Assembly: GCA_041694815.1 (NCBI GenBank)
Contig: JBGFSC010000016.1
Location: forward strand, 1-57,238
DNA: 57,238 nucleotides
Source of the DNA: Elusimicrobiota bacterium
GTDB lineage: Bacteria; Elusimicrobiota; Elusimicrobia; UBA1565; JACRDR01
Direction: 5' to 3'
The first letter of the stretch is position 1. Every line of letters begins with the position of its first letter. The position numbers and the translations under genes are program-made. The notes below the pieces were generated by a model that saw nothing but the letters and a program-made list of their open reading frames with translations, was not told the DNA's origin and did no database searches. This document shows, piece by piece, positions 26,854 through 36,471 of the stretch.

Positions 26854-28322
26854 GGCGGCGCAAGGAGCCTTGCGGGCTTTGCCGCTTCCATCGGAAACTG
26901 CTGCTTTCCGACGACTTGATGTTGGCCGCCCTGGGCCTGCTGTCGCGGGAGCTCGCCTGCGAGAAGGCGGTCGGGTTCCTCGAGAATCCTCGCGCTCTTT
27001 CGCTCGAGGCGCGCGGCTGCATTTGGCATGGGGCCCGCCAGGAAACGGAGGAGGCGATCCACCTGCATCCCGCCTCGCCCATCGCGGAGCTCCTGGACGG
27101 GAGGCGCCGGGCGCTCAGCCAACGCTTTCCCCGTCCGATCCTCTACGTCCCGTTGTCGCCCATCCAAGGCCATCCCGCCAAGGGGGTGCTGCGCTTCGAG
27201 CGCGCGACCGGTGGGCGCCCGTTCTCTGCCCAAGAGCGGCTGCGCGCCGGCCACGGGGCCACCGCGTTGGCCCAACGCCTCGAACGGGCGGAGATGACCC
27301 GCCGGAACAAGGAGCAGATCAAACGCTTCCAGGCCCTTACGGAGCTGGCGGCCATCTTCGCGTCTTCGCTGCGGGTCGAAGACGGACTAAAGCTGATCCT
27401 TCAAGGGGTGCAGCAGCATTTCGCCCTCGACCGCGTGCGGCTCTACCTGGTGCAGCCGGGCGCCCAAAAATTGAGGGGAGAACTCTCCGTGGACATGCGC
27501 GGCCAGGTCAAGAGCCTGCGCGCCGAGGAGATGCCGATGGTGGCCGGCACCCACCGCTTCGTCGACCTGCTGTTGGGCTCCAACCGCGATCCCCTACTCG
27601 AGCGCTACAGCGAGACGGTGCTTCATTTGCCGCTGGTGCTGCAAGGCAACGCGGTGGGCCTTCTCGTCGTCGACAATCTGATGTCCCAGCAGGGCATCGC
27701 CAACGAGGACGTCGGCATGCTTAAATCCTTCGCCGGCCAGATCGCCCTGGCGGTCGACAATTCGCGCCTCTTCGACGAGGTCCAGGCCCTGTCCCTCTAC
27801 GATAGTTTGACGGGCCTTCCCGTGCGCCGCTATTTCTTCCAAAGGCTCCAGGAGGAGATATACAGGGCGCAGCGATTCTCCCAACCCCTTTCGCTGGCCC
27901 TGCTGGACTTAGACTATTATAAGGAGGTCAACGATACCTACGGCCACCAGGTGGGAGACGACCTGCTGCGCGAAGTGGGCCGCGTCCTTTCGTCCCACCT
28001 GCGGAAAATCGATTTCCCCTGCCGTTACGGGGGGGATGAGATATTGATCCTACTTCCCCAATCCAAGGACGAGGACGCCTGCGCCATCATGACGCGGCTG
28101 GCGCAGAGGATACGCGAGATACGCATCCCGGTTCCCTTTTCAAAAGCCAAGGAGATTTCAGTTACCGCCTCCATCGGCGTGGCGACGTATCCGGAGGACG
28201 GGCGCACGGCGGAGGACCTAATCGCCAAGGCGGACGAGGCCCTCTACTGGGTCAAGTCCCGCGGCAAGAACGCGGTGGCCTCCTGCGCGCGTTCGAGGAC
28301 CACCGCCGAGCCATCCTCGTGA
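26850..28322 (+). CDS. GAF-containing diguanylate cyclase
   Basis: GAF (GLLVVDN...FAGQIALAVDN), DSLTGL, DLDYYK.VNDTYGH..GD, RKID I-site, RYGGDEI. Confidence 0.9.
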   Translation: MRRRKEPCGLCRFHRKLLLSDDLMLAALGLLSRELACEKAVGFLENPRALSLEARGCIWHGARQETEEAIHLHPASPIAELLDGRRRALSQRFPRPILYVPLSPIQGHPAKGVLRFERATGGRPFSAQERLRAGHGATALAQRLERAEMTRRNKEQIKRFQALTELAAIFASSLRVEDGLKLILQGVQQHFALDRVRLYLVQPGAQKLRGELSVDMRGQVKSLRAEEMPMVAGTHRFVDLLLGSNRDPLLERYSETVLHLPLVLQGNAVGLLVVDNLMSQQGIANEDVGMLKSFAGQIALAVDNSRLFDEVQALSLYDSLTGLPVRRYFFQRLQEEIYRAQRFSQPLSLALLDLDYYKEVNDTYGHQVGDDLLREVGRVLSSHLRKIDFPCRYGGDEILILLPQSKDEDACAIMTRLAQRIREIRIPVPFSKAKEISVTASIGVATYPEDGRTAEDLIAKADEALYWVKSRGKNAVASCARSRTTAEPSS

Positions 28323-29704
28323 ATATAAACCGGGTCGCGGCACTCCTGCTTCTGATCCCCCAGGTGGCAACGGCATCTCATGAGGACATGGGCCTGGGGG
28401 CGCGGGCCGCTGGGATGGCGGAGTCCTTCACCGCCATCGGCGACGACCTATGGTCGATCGGGTACAATCCCGGCGCGCTGGGGCAGATCGGCCAATCCCA
28501 GGCCGCCCTGAGCTACCGTCGCGGCTTCCTGGCGCCCGCCGGTCCGGCGGATTTCGATCGGACGGCCTGGGCCGCCGCAGCCCCCCTGCGGCTCATCCCG
28601 CTCAACGGTGTGCTGGGGGTGCACGGGATCTATACCACCATCGGCCAAGTTTCCCTGGAACGCAACGTGGGCGTCAGCTACGCGACGCGGGGCTGGAGGG
28701 AGGTGGGCAACGGCCTACTCGATATCGGCGCCTCGCTTAACGCCCTGGGTCGTTCGGGGCGCGCCGTGCCGGGGAGCGTGACCAAGGCGGGCGTGGATAT
28801 TGGGGCCCTCTACAACGTCGGCGACGCGCACACCTTCGGCGCCTCGATCCTCAATCTCAACGGCCCCCGGACCGATATCGGCGGCGTGGCCGACATTGCC
28901 CCGGTGATTGCCAAGCTCGGTTACGCGCGGGATTTCGGCGGCCATTTCATCGTCGCTTTGGACGGCGCCCTGCGCGAGCCCTCGGGAGGACGCCGCGCCT
29001 CGCAATCCGGCGCCATCGGTATCGAACGTTGGCTGCATTCCGTGCGCTACGGTTCCTTCGCCGCGCGCAGCGGCTTGAACCTGGGCAGCGCGTCGAGATC
29101 ATGGAGCCTCGGTGCCGGGTGGCGCATGCTGGGCGCGAGCCTCGATTATTCGCTGATCCTGCCCCTGGGCTACGGCGAGCGTTGGAGCAACGCCGTCAGC
29201 TTGTTGGTACGCTTCGGGGCCTGGAACGCCGAGAAGGAATACGAGAAGATACTGAGCTCGGAGATGCGCTATCGCCGAGACCTCACGCGCGCGCTGGAGT
29301 CCTCCGAATCGAGGCAGAGAAAACTATCGGAGCAATTGTCGCGCGCGAGCGCCGAACTCCAAAAGCTCAAGGAAGAGCTCGCTGACAAATCCGCCGACGC
29401 GCAGTCCGCCCACGCCAAGATCGAGGCGCTTGCCCAGAGGCAGCGGGAGGCCGAAAGGCGCTATCAGGAAATCGAGGCCGAGAAAGCCTCGCTCCGGCTT
29501 AAATCCAAGAGCAGCCTTTTCCGCGAGGATTGGCAGGCCTACCAGAAGCTCAAGCTCGGCGGGGCTCCCGACTCCGTCCTGCTCGAGCGCGCGAAGATCC
29601 TTCTGCGCGAATATAAGGACAGCGGCGCCGACTTGAGCGAGCTCAGCCAGGAATACCTGCGCCTGCTCCGCAATCGCCCGGATACTTACGGTGCCAGGGA
29701 TTGA
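28319..29704 (+). CDS. PorV/PorQ-like outer-membrane beta-barrel with C-terminal coiled coil
   Basis: Signal peptide, GARAAGMAESFTA..D...YNPGAL N-terminal motif, amphipathic strands, then about 150-aa heptad region. Confidence 0.7.
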   Translation: MNINRVAALLLLIPQVATASHEDMGLGARAAGMAESFTAIGDDLWSIGYNPGALGQIGQSQAALSYRRGFLAPAGPADFDRTAWAAAAPLRLIPLNGVLGVHGIYTTIGQVSLERNVGVSYATRGWREVGNGLLDIGASLNALGRSGRAVPGSVTKAGVDIGALYNVGDAHTFGASILNLNGPRTDIGGVADIAPVIAKLGYARDFGGHFIVALDGALREPSGGRRASQSGAIGIERWLHSVRYGSFAARSGLNLGSASRSWSLGAGWRMLGASLDYSLILPLGYGERWSNAVSLLVRFGAWNAEKEYEKILSSEMRYRRDLTRALESSESRQRKLSEQLSRASAELQKLKEELADKSADAQSAHAKIEALAQRQREAERRYQEIEAEKASLRLKSKSSLFREDWQAYQKLKLGGAPDSVLLERAKILLREYKDSGADLSELSQEYLRLLRNRPDTYGARD

Positions 29705-29739
29705 CTTTCGCCTAGGCGAAAGTCAATCCCTGGCACCGT
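29688..29739. repeat. 52-bp perfect palindrome (copy 2 of the 48-bp element)
   Basis: AC+GGTGCCAGGGATTGACTTTCGCCTAGGCGAAAGTCAATCCCTGGCACC+GT; contains the stop codon of 28319..29704. Confidence 0.95.
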
Positions 29740-29780
29740 CACATTTGTTATGCGAATAACCTTTATGATAGTCTAACGGC

Positions 29781-29993
29781 GTGACGGAGCACGTTAAGCG
29801 CCTTTATCGTTCGCGGGATAATCGCTGCGTTTTAGGGATATTGGGCGGCTTGGGCGATTATTTCAACGTGGATCCGGTGCTGCTGCGCCTGGCTTTCGTG
29901 TTCGTCCTCATTTTGACGGGAATCGTTCCCTTCGGCTTAGCCTACCTCGCCGCCTACTTTATCGTTCCGCTAAAACCGGAATCCAGGCCCTAA
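29781..29993 (+). CDS. pspC: PspC domain protein
   Basis: KRLYRSRDNR..LGILGGLGDYFNVDPVLLRL...YL.AYFIVP. Confidence 0.9.
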   Translation: MTEHVKRLYRSRDNRCVLGILGGLGDYFNVDPVLLRLAFVFVLILTGIVPFGLAYLAAYFIVPLKPESRP

Positions 29994-30069
29994 GGCTCGG
30001 TCGCCCGCCGCGCCGTCCGTAACATCGGCGTTATTGACTTGGCGGGGCCGGCTGCTACACTTGGCATTG

Positions 30070-31863
30070 ATGAACGCAGACGACATGCGCGCGGAGCTCG
30101 ATCGTCTCTGGGCCCGCGTGAGCGCCTCCGGCGGCGCCGAGCCTCCGCCCCTCGCGGAGCCCGAGATCCTTCCTCCTCCCTCCGGTATCCCGCTCTCGCT
30201 GGGCTCGCCTTCCCAGGCTATCTCGACGGAGATGTTTTCCCTGCTCAAGCGGCAGCGGCAAGAGGAGGTCGCGCGCCTCCAGGAACTGTTGTCGATGAAG
30301 GAGCAGGCGGTGCGCGAGCTCGGCGAGCGCCTGCAGAAGGCGCAAGCCGAGCTGATGTCCCTGCGCCGCGACGAGCAGCGCCGCGAGCGCGCGGCGCTCT
30401 CCGACATGACGGAGCTGGCCGCCCGGCTGGAAACGGCGGACGCGGCCCTCAAGGACCAGGAGCGTCGCTTCATGGAGGAGGAGCGCGTCCTGCGCGACAT
30501 CGCCGAGCGCACGCGGCAGCAGCTGGCCGCCGAAACGGCCAGGTGGCGCGAGCTCGAACGCCAGTGGGCGGAGCGGGAGCAGCAATATCTCCTCGACATC
30601 AAGGAAGCCCAGGCCTTGCTGGCGCGCGCTCAGGAGGAGGCGGGCAAGCACGAGGAGAAGGTCCGACTCCTCTCTGACGACATGAGGCAGGCCAAGGGAG
30701 CCATCGAGGCGACGCTGGGGGAGCTTTTGACCGAGAGGCGCGCGCGCGAGGCGTCGGACCAGGACCGCGACAAGGCCCTCAAGCGCGTCGCCGAGGTGGA
30801 GGGGCATTTCCGGGAACTTCAGAAGCTTTGGGAGGAGGAGCGCAAGCAATGGCAGGAGCTTTGGGAGCGCGAGCGCTCCGGGTGGCAGGCGCAGCGCCAG
30901 GACTTGAGCTCCTGGGAGGAGCGCCTGCGCAAGGAACGGGAAACCTGGCACGCGGAGCTCAAGGCCAAGGAGGAGCAGGAGCTCCGCTTCGCCGACCAGA
31001 TGACGGGTCTGCTGCGCGAGGCCGCGGAGATCGGCGCGCGCGTGGCGCATTTGAAGGATTTCTCGGGGATTCGATTTTTCCCTAATCTCGCCCAGAGGGC
31101 GAGGGGGTGGGGGGCGTCCGCCGCCTTCGCCGCCCTGGCCGCTTTGGCCCTCTACCCACTTTGGAAGCACCTCCACCGCGTCCGGCTCGAGCCGATCGCT
31201 TCGATCCCGATCGCTTTGGACTCCCCGACCGCCGTCGCCTTCGACGGGTCCCAATTATGGGTTTCCGAATGGTTGGGGCGGCTGGCTTCCCTCGATCCCT
31301 CGGACCCGGCGAACCTGCTGGCGCGCTACATGGTCAACGCGCAGGCGGCCTACCATCCCGTCTCCATCGCCTTGGGAGGCGGGGCCCTTTGGTCCCTCGA
31401 TTCGGCGCAGGGGCGCATCTTTAAGCATACTCCCTCCGACCCCAGCCTGCCCCAGCTCTCATGGCCTTCGCCGGGCCCCGCGCCGCTTGCCCTGACGCAT
31501 GATGGGCGCTCCCTATGGTCCTACGACGCCGTCAATCGCGCGTTCTATCGGCACCGCGGCGAGGGTCCCTTGGAGGGGACCGAGGCGTTCGGACTGGAGC
31601 TCGACATCGTGCCGAGCTCGATGCAGTGGCTGGGCGAGGAGCTTTGGCTGCATGACTTGAAGGCCAAGCGCCTGCTGCGCCTCAAGCTTTCTGGAAAATC
31701 GTTTAGAGTGGAGGGCAGCACGCCCTGCGATCCCACGATCCTTTCGATCCATGTTTCCTCGAGCCGCGCGGCCGGCGGCCGCTTCAAGACCCTGTGGGCG
31801 ATAGCTGGGTCCTCTTCTGGCACCGCCGGCTACTTCCTCAAGAGATTCAAAATCCTTCCTTAA
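30070..31863 (+). CDS. Coiled-coil + single TM + beta-propeller-like protein
   Basis: About 300-aa E/R/Q/W-rich coiled coil, TM AAFAALAALALYPLW, repeated (A/T)xDGxxLW blades; TTGACT-16-TACACT promoter upstream. Confidence 0.7.
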   Translation: MNADDMRAELDRLWARVSASGGAEPPPLAEPEILPPPSGIPLSLGSPSQAISTEMFSLLKRQRQEEVARLQELLSMKEQAVRELGERLQKAQAELMSLRRDEQRRERAALSDMTELAARLETADAALKDQERRFMEEERVLRDIAERTRQQLAAETARWRELERQWAEREQQYLLDIKEAQALLARAQEEAGKHEEKVRLLSDDMRQAKGAIEATLGELLTERRAREASDQDRDKALKRVAEVEGHFRELQKLWEEERKQWQELWERERSGWQAQRQDLSSWEERLRKERETWHAELKAKEEQELRFADQMTGLLREAAEIGARVAHLKDFSGIRFFPNLAQRARGWGASAAFAALAALALYPLWKHLHRVRLEPIASIPIALDSPTAVAFDGSQLWVSEWLGRLASLDPSDPANLLARYMVNAQAAYHPVSIALGGGALWSLDSAQGRIFKHTPSDPSLPQLSWPSPGPAPLALTHDGRSLWSYDAVNRAFYRHRGEGPLEGTEAFGLELDIVPSSMQWLGEELWLHDLKAKRLLRLKLSGKSFRVEGSTPCDPTILSIHVSSSRAAGGRFKTLWAIAGSSSGTAGYFLKRFKILP

Positions 31864-31933
31864 GAAACCTCCGGAAACATCTTTTTAACGCACACTTAAT
31901 AGTTCCGAAACTATTTGCCATCAAACTCCGGTC

Positions 31934-34900
31934 GTGGCCAGATTCCGCCGTGGCGGCGTAGGATTTTTTGCGAGCGCCTTCCTCTCGTTTCTCGGCACGA
32001 GCGCAGTCGCGCAGGATGTTTATATCAACAGCGTGTGGGTCAGCCGGTCAACCTCCACCGCGGGTGCCACGAAGGCCAATTGCGTTTCTACGAACGGAAA
32101 ATTTTATTGCGTCGGGCCGAACGCCGGCCAAGGGGGAATCCCGGGCGGGACCTGCCCGTCTTTTCGCGGCGGCGGCAACATTTCGAATAACCCACACATC
32201 GAGTTCGGGCAATTCCTGGACCCCTCCAGCCAGGCCGCTGCCGAATGCAGCGCCTCCACCTTGCCGAGCGGTTCGGATCGGAACAATATCTGCAACAGTC
32301 AGATCTATCTCTGCACGAATATCGGGGTCAATAACTCGCAGGTTGGTTCGAGTTCCTTCTCGCTTCAAAACGTAGAGTTCCAGGTGTTTAAGTTCCTCCC
32401 CGGCATCAATCCCACGGACCCCGCCTCCGCGCCGCCGCTGAGGACGTTTACGATTGATGCCCCGGGGGATGTGCCCGCCAATTACATCAATACCTTACCC
32501 GCGCCGCCGGGGACTCCGAATATAACGAACACGAACTCCATTTGTCCCGATAGCCTCACGACCCCGACCGGGTGCGGCTATTGCGTGCTCTGGGACGGCG
32601 CCATCAATATCAACGGGGAGTTCGGCAAATCCAACGGGCAATACGGCTTTCGAGTCGGGGTAACCGTCAACGTGCCCAATGGCGTCGGGGGCTCGATCAA
32701 TATCTCGCCGGCGCCGCGAGCCTATCCGGCGGGCACGACGGAAGACTGCTCCTGCCCCAGCACCCCGACCTTCGCCTCTTGCGGCGCCGCGGGGCTCCCG
32801 GGGACGGTCAATCAGCAACCCATCACGGTGGATGTCGTTGACGTCCATCAGGTCCGCTCCTCGGCCACGGTGGTGGGCTCGCAGGTGGGGGTGCTCGCCG
32901 AGCCCATCAACATCACCTACCGCCTGAGCAAGGATGCCACCACCTACATCACCGTCGCCAACGGCACCGGGGGGACTCCGGTGCTGCGCAATCTCGTCGA
33001 CGGCCTGCCTCGCATCGGCGAGGGCATCCCGGACGGCACTCTACAGAACGGCGACTCCTGGAACGGCCGTCATAACAACGGCGGCCTGATGCCCCCCGGC
33101 GTCTTCCTCGTGACGCTGCAGGCCCGCGCGCGGGATCAGTTCGGCACCGACCTGAGCGCTCCGGTAACCCGCCAGATTTCGCTTGACCCCCTGCAGATCA
33201 CCGACATTCAGGTCCAGCCGCTGCTTAATCTGGCTACTTCCCTAGCGGTGTTGACCTACACCCTTACCGAGCCCGCGACGACCTACATCGACATCTATCC
33301 CCCGGGCACCCAGTTCTGCAACGGGCTCAATAATCTCAACGACACGGCGGCCATTCCCGACGACGCCAACGGCAACAACCCCCCCAAGGTGTTCGGCGCT
33401 TCGCTCGGAGGCTGTCCGGCCGGCGGGGTCCTGACCCCCGTGCGCCGGATCGTGGAACAGAAGGATTTCCGCAAATCGGTGGTGAGCTTTTGGGATGGGA
33501 GGGACTCCACGGGGCAGGTGATGCCGGACGGCGATTACGTGTTCGTGCTTTACGCCTCCCTCCCCTCGCAGAACGGCTTCGCCTTCGCCGGAAACGCGGG
33601 TGACAAAAGGATTTGGTCCTCGACGGCAAAAAGCGGTTTCATCGCGGTGAGCCGTGGGCTCGTGGGCATTAGCCAGGTCTCGCCCGCCACCACCGTGATC
33701 GGATCGACCCCATCGATCGCCGGGCTCAACCCCTTCGTTTTCTCCTACTCCTTGTCGCGGGACGCCATTGTCTCCCTCAAAATCTACGATTCCAGCGGAC
33801 TCAACCTCAAGCGCACCCTGGTCAACCGCGAGATACGTCCCGCGAATTTCCTTAATCGGGAATTTTGGAATGACGGCATGACGGACGCTGGTTTGATGCT
33901 GTCTTCGGGCAGCTACCTGGCCGAGTTGACTGCGGCCGATCCCTTCTTCCCGGTGAAGGTGGCTACGACGACCGCGTTGTTTCAGGTCAACATGTTTCGG
34001 ATCACCGATGTCGTGACGACGCCGCTTCAGTCCGGGACGACGGAAAACGTCCAATTGAGTTATCAGCTCTCGCAGACCATGCGCGTCGCTTGGAACCTCT
34101 ATAGTCCCGGGACCATCATCAATAGTGCCACATGGCCGCCTTGCGGACAACTCAACGCGGGGACCTGCGCCCAGACCACCAACGGCTCGGGTCAGCCGAC
34201 GAAGCCATTCTTGACGATCAGCGGCCTGCGGCCGGGCCGGCTGCGCATCACCGAGTTCTGGGACGGCCGCGATACCAACGGCCTCTACGTCCCCGACGGC
34301 TCCTACGTATTTACCTTGGTGGCCCAGTCGACGACTTCTCCCGCCTATTTCGCCTCCGACAAGGTCTTCGGGGTCTTGACGGTTAGCCGCGGCTCCATCG
34401 TCTTTCCCGTCTTCACCGTCACCCCGACGATCCCCAACCTGTTCAACTCCAGCGCCACGATCGCCCTGCCCCCCTACGAGTTCGCTTATAGCATTACCCG
34501 GCAGTCGTCGATGACGATACGCATCCTGACCAACGATGCCAATCCGCGCATTATCCGTTCGATCCTATCGGGGGAGATGCGCGACGCTAACCTTCTCCAT
34601 AAGGAATTCTGGGACGGGCGCGACAATTTCGGTAATTTCGTTCCCCGTGGCTTCTATACGGTGCAGGCCATCGCCAGCGACCTGGCCTCGCAATTATCAT
34701 CGGGCACGACCTTCCAGCAGACCCTGGCCGTGGATCCGTTGCGCATCTACGATGTGGCGGTCAGCCCCTTGAGCCGCGACGACCCGTCGGCGCTCATCTC
34801 GTACCAGGTCTCCGAGTCGATGAAGACGGCCATCAAGATTTACAGGCCCGGCACGACATTCGACGCAAGCGCGAATCCCAGCCCTCCCGAGGCCATTTCG

Positions 34901-35455
34901 CTCGTGCGCCGCATCGTCGGCGTCCGTCCAGCGCGAGCAAAAATCGAGGAGACTTGGGACGGCCGCGACATCAAGCTCAGCCAAATGCCGGATGGCAACT
35001 ACATTTTCAAGATAGTGGCTTCGACCGATATCTCCGCCATCGATACGGTCACGGGCAACGTGGCTCCCGGAGCCTCCTTGGCCAATGACATCCCCATCAG
35101 CGAGGTGCCCGTGGTGCGGGGCGTGCTGGCAGACCCGCAGGCCGATTTCAAGGCCAACACCTTCATGTACCCCAACCCCGTCGGCGCCTCGGGCACGACC
35201 TTCGTGATCTACGTGCCGCTCCAATCGCGGGTCACCATGAAGATCTATAACCTGGCCGGGGAATTGGTCTACCAGAACGACTTTGGCGAATTGCCGGCCG
35301 ATACCTACGTCAACGGCGGCAGCTTCAAGTGGAATCGGGTCAATCAGGCCGGCCGGACGGTGGCTCCGGGCGTCTATTTCGTGCTGGTGCGTGAAGAGGA
35401 AACAGCCGGAGCCAAGAACGTCTTCCAGGTCGTAAAGAAGATGTTGCTCAAATGA
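31934..35455 (+). CDS. Large exported protein of tandem FlgD-Ig-like repeats with a T9SS-CTD-like C-terminus
   Basis: Signal peptide; Cys-rich N-terminus; about 8 W(D/N)G..G..P.G.Y motifs; terminal YPNP...IYNLAGELV...WNR...GVYFV. Confidence 0.8.
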   Translation: MARFRRGGVGFFASAFLSFLGTSAVAQDVYINSVWVSRSTSTAGATKANCVSTNGKFYCVGPNAGQGGIPGGTCPSFRGGGNISNNPHIEFGQFLDPSSQAAAECSASTLPSGSDRNNICNSQIYLCTNIGVNNSQVGSSSFSLQNVEFQVFKFLPGINPTDPASAPPLRTFTIDAPGDVPANYINTLPAPPGTPNITNTNSICPDSLTTPTGCGYCVLWDGAININGEFGKSNGQYGFRVGVTVNVPNGVGGSINISPAPRAYPAGTTEDCSCPSTPTFASCGAAGLPGTVNQQPITVDVVDVHQVRSSATVVGSQVGVLAEPINITYRLSKDATTYITVANGTGGTPVLRNLVDGLPRIGEGIPDGTLQNGDSWNGRHNNGGLMPPGVFLVTLQARARDQFGTDLSAPVTRQISLDPLQITDIQVQPLLNLATSLAVLTYTLTEPATTYIDIYPPGTQFCNGLNNLNDTAAIPDDANGNNPPKVFGASLGGCPAGGVLTPVRRIVEQKDFRKSVVSFWDGRDSTGQVMPDGDYVFVLYASLPSQNGFAFAGNAGDKRIWSSTAKSGFIAVSRGLVGISQVSPATTVIGSTPSIAGLNPFVFSYSLSRDAIVSLKIYDSSGLNLKRTLVNREIRPANFLNREFWNDGMTDAGLMLSSGSYLAELTAADPFFPVKVATTTALFQVNMFRITDVVTTPLQSGTTENVQLSYQLSQTMRVAWNLYSPGTIINSATWPPCGQLNAGTCAQTTNGSGQPTKPFLTISGLRPGRLRITEFWDGRDTNGLYVPDGSYVFTLVAQSTTSPAYFASDKVFGVLTVSRGSIVFPVFTVTPTIPNLFNSSATIALPPYEFAYSITRQSSMTIRILTNDANPRIIRSILSGEMRDANLLHKEFWDGRDNFGNFVPRGFYTVQAIASDLASQLSSGTTFQQTLAVDPLRIYDVAVSPLSRDDPSALISYQVSESMKTAIKIYRPGTTFDASANPSPPEAISLVRRIVGVRPARAKIEETWDGRDIKLSQMPDGNYIFKIVASTDISAIDTVTGNVAPGASLANDIPISEVPVVRGVLADPQADFKANTFMYPNPVGASGTTFVIYVPLQSRVTMKIYNLAGELVYQNDFGELPADTYVNGGSFKWNRVNQAGRTVAPGVYFVLVREEETAGAKNVFQVVKKMLLK

Positions 35456-36417
35456 GACCTTCGCTTTTGTCGCTGCTGCTTTTGGCATCGGCCGCCCCGG
35501 CGGGGGCCATCGACTCGGCCGCGGGAACGGGCGGGGCTTCCTTCATGAAAATGGGCTTCGGCAGCCCGCGCGCGACGGCGATGGGACGCGCGTACGTGGC
35601 GGTCGCCGAAGGCACCGAGGCCCTGACCTGGAACCCCGCGGGGCTGGCCCAGACGCAGCAACGCGAGTTGTCCTACGCGTATATGCGCTACATCCAAGAA
35701 GTGGACGCGCCGTTGTATATGGCCTACGCCCATCCCATGGGGCGCACCGTGTTCGGGCTCAACCTCGCCTACATAAGCGTCGACGGCTTCGAGGCGCGCC
35801 AGGATGATGGCCGTCCCTCCGACAACACCGCGATCCAGGTGCGCAACGGCTTTGCCACCTTCAGCCTGGCCCGCTCCTTTTGGTACGAGAAACTGTTCTT
35901 GGGCATCGCGATGAAGGTGATCGAGGAGAACAACGCCGGGGCCAGGCGCAACAGCCTGGTGGGGGATTTCGGCGCCATCCTCAAGCCCAGCTCCCTGTTC
36001 TCGCTGGGGTTCGCGGTGCAGAACATGGGCTCCGACCCCCGCCGGGTCGCCAGGATCACCCGCGTCGGGGCGGGGCTGCGCCCCGTCGATCTCCTGACCG
36101 TGGCGGTGGAAGTCAGCAAGGCCAGCGACAATTCGGCCCGATTGGGCCTGGGCGCCGAATTCACCCTGCCCGAGGAGCTCCTGGAAGTCGGCCAAATACA
36201 GCTTCGCGCCGGGTATTACGGAACCGACGACCAGGGCATCATCTTGAAGCAGGATCGCAGCTTCCTGTTCCCGTTGGTCGGCGCGCAGGGCATCGCTTTC
36301 GGCATCGGCCTGTTCACCTCGCAGGCCTTCGGCTACGGGATCGGCTTGGATTACACGATGGTGCCCTTCGGCGCCTTGGGTACCTCGGATCAGCTCTCCG
36401 TGAAGGTGAAATTCTGA
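35452..36417 (+). CDS. PorV/PorQ family outer-membrane beta-barrel
   Basis: GASFMK...RATAMG.AYVAV..G.EAL.WNPAGL, DYTMVPFGALG, terminal Phe (VKF); ATGA-coupled to the upstream gene. Confidence 0.8.
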   Translation: MRPSLLSLLLLASAAPAGAIDSAAGTGGASFMKMGFGSPRATAMGRAYVAVAEGTEALTWNPAGLAQTQQRELSYAYMRYIQEVDAPLYMAYAHPMGRTVFGLNLAYISVDGFEARQDDGRPSDNTAIQVRNGFATFSLARSFWYEKLFLGIAMKVIEENNAGARRNSLVGDFGAILKPSSLFSLGFAVQNMGSDPRRVARITRVGAGLRPVDLLTVAVEVSKASDNSARLGLGAEFTLPEELLEVGQIQLRAGYYGTDDQGIILKQDRSFLFPLVGAQGIAFGIGLFTSQAFGYGIGLDYTMVPFGALGTSDQLSVKVKF

Positions 36418-36431
36418 TGGATCCCCGCGCC

Positions 36432-36460
36432 TTGCTTCCTTGGAATTCTCCTGTTACACT
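36432..36460 (+). promoter_or_regulatory. Promoter of the Tad operon
   Basis: TTGCTT-17-(TGt)TACACT followed by GGAGG and ATG 36472. Confidence 0.55.
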
Positions 36461-36471
36461 TCGGAGGCCCC

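Noticed and set aside
31934..36417. Complete type IX secretion system or flagellar locus
   Set aside because: Only PorV-like and CTD/FlgD-like parts are visible. No SprA/PorKLMN or flagellar structural genes occur in the window.
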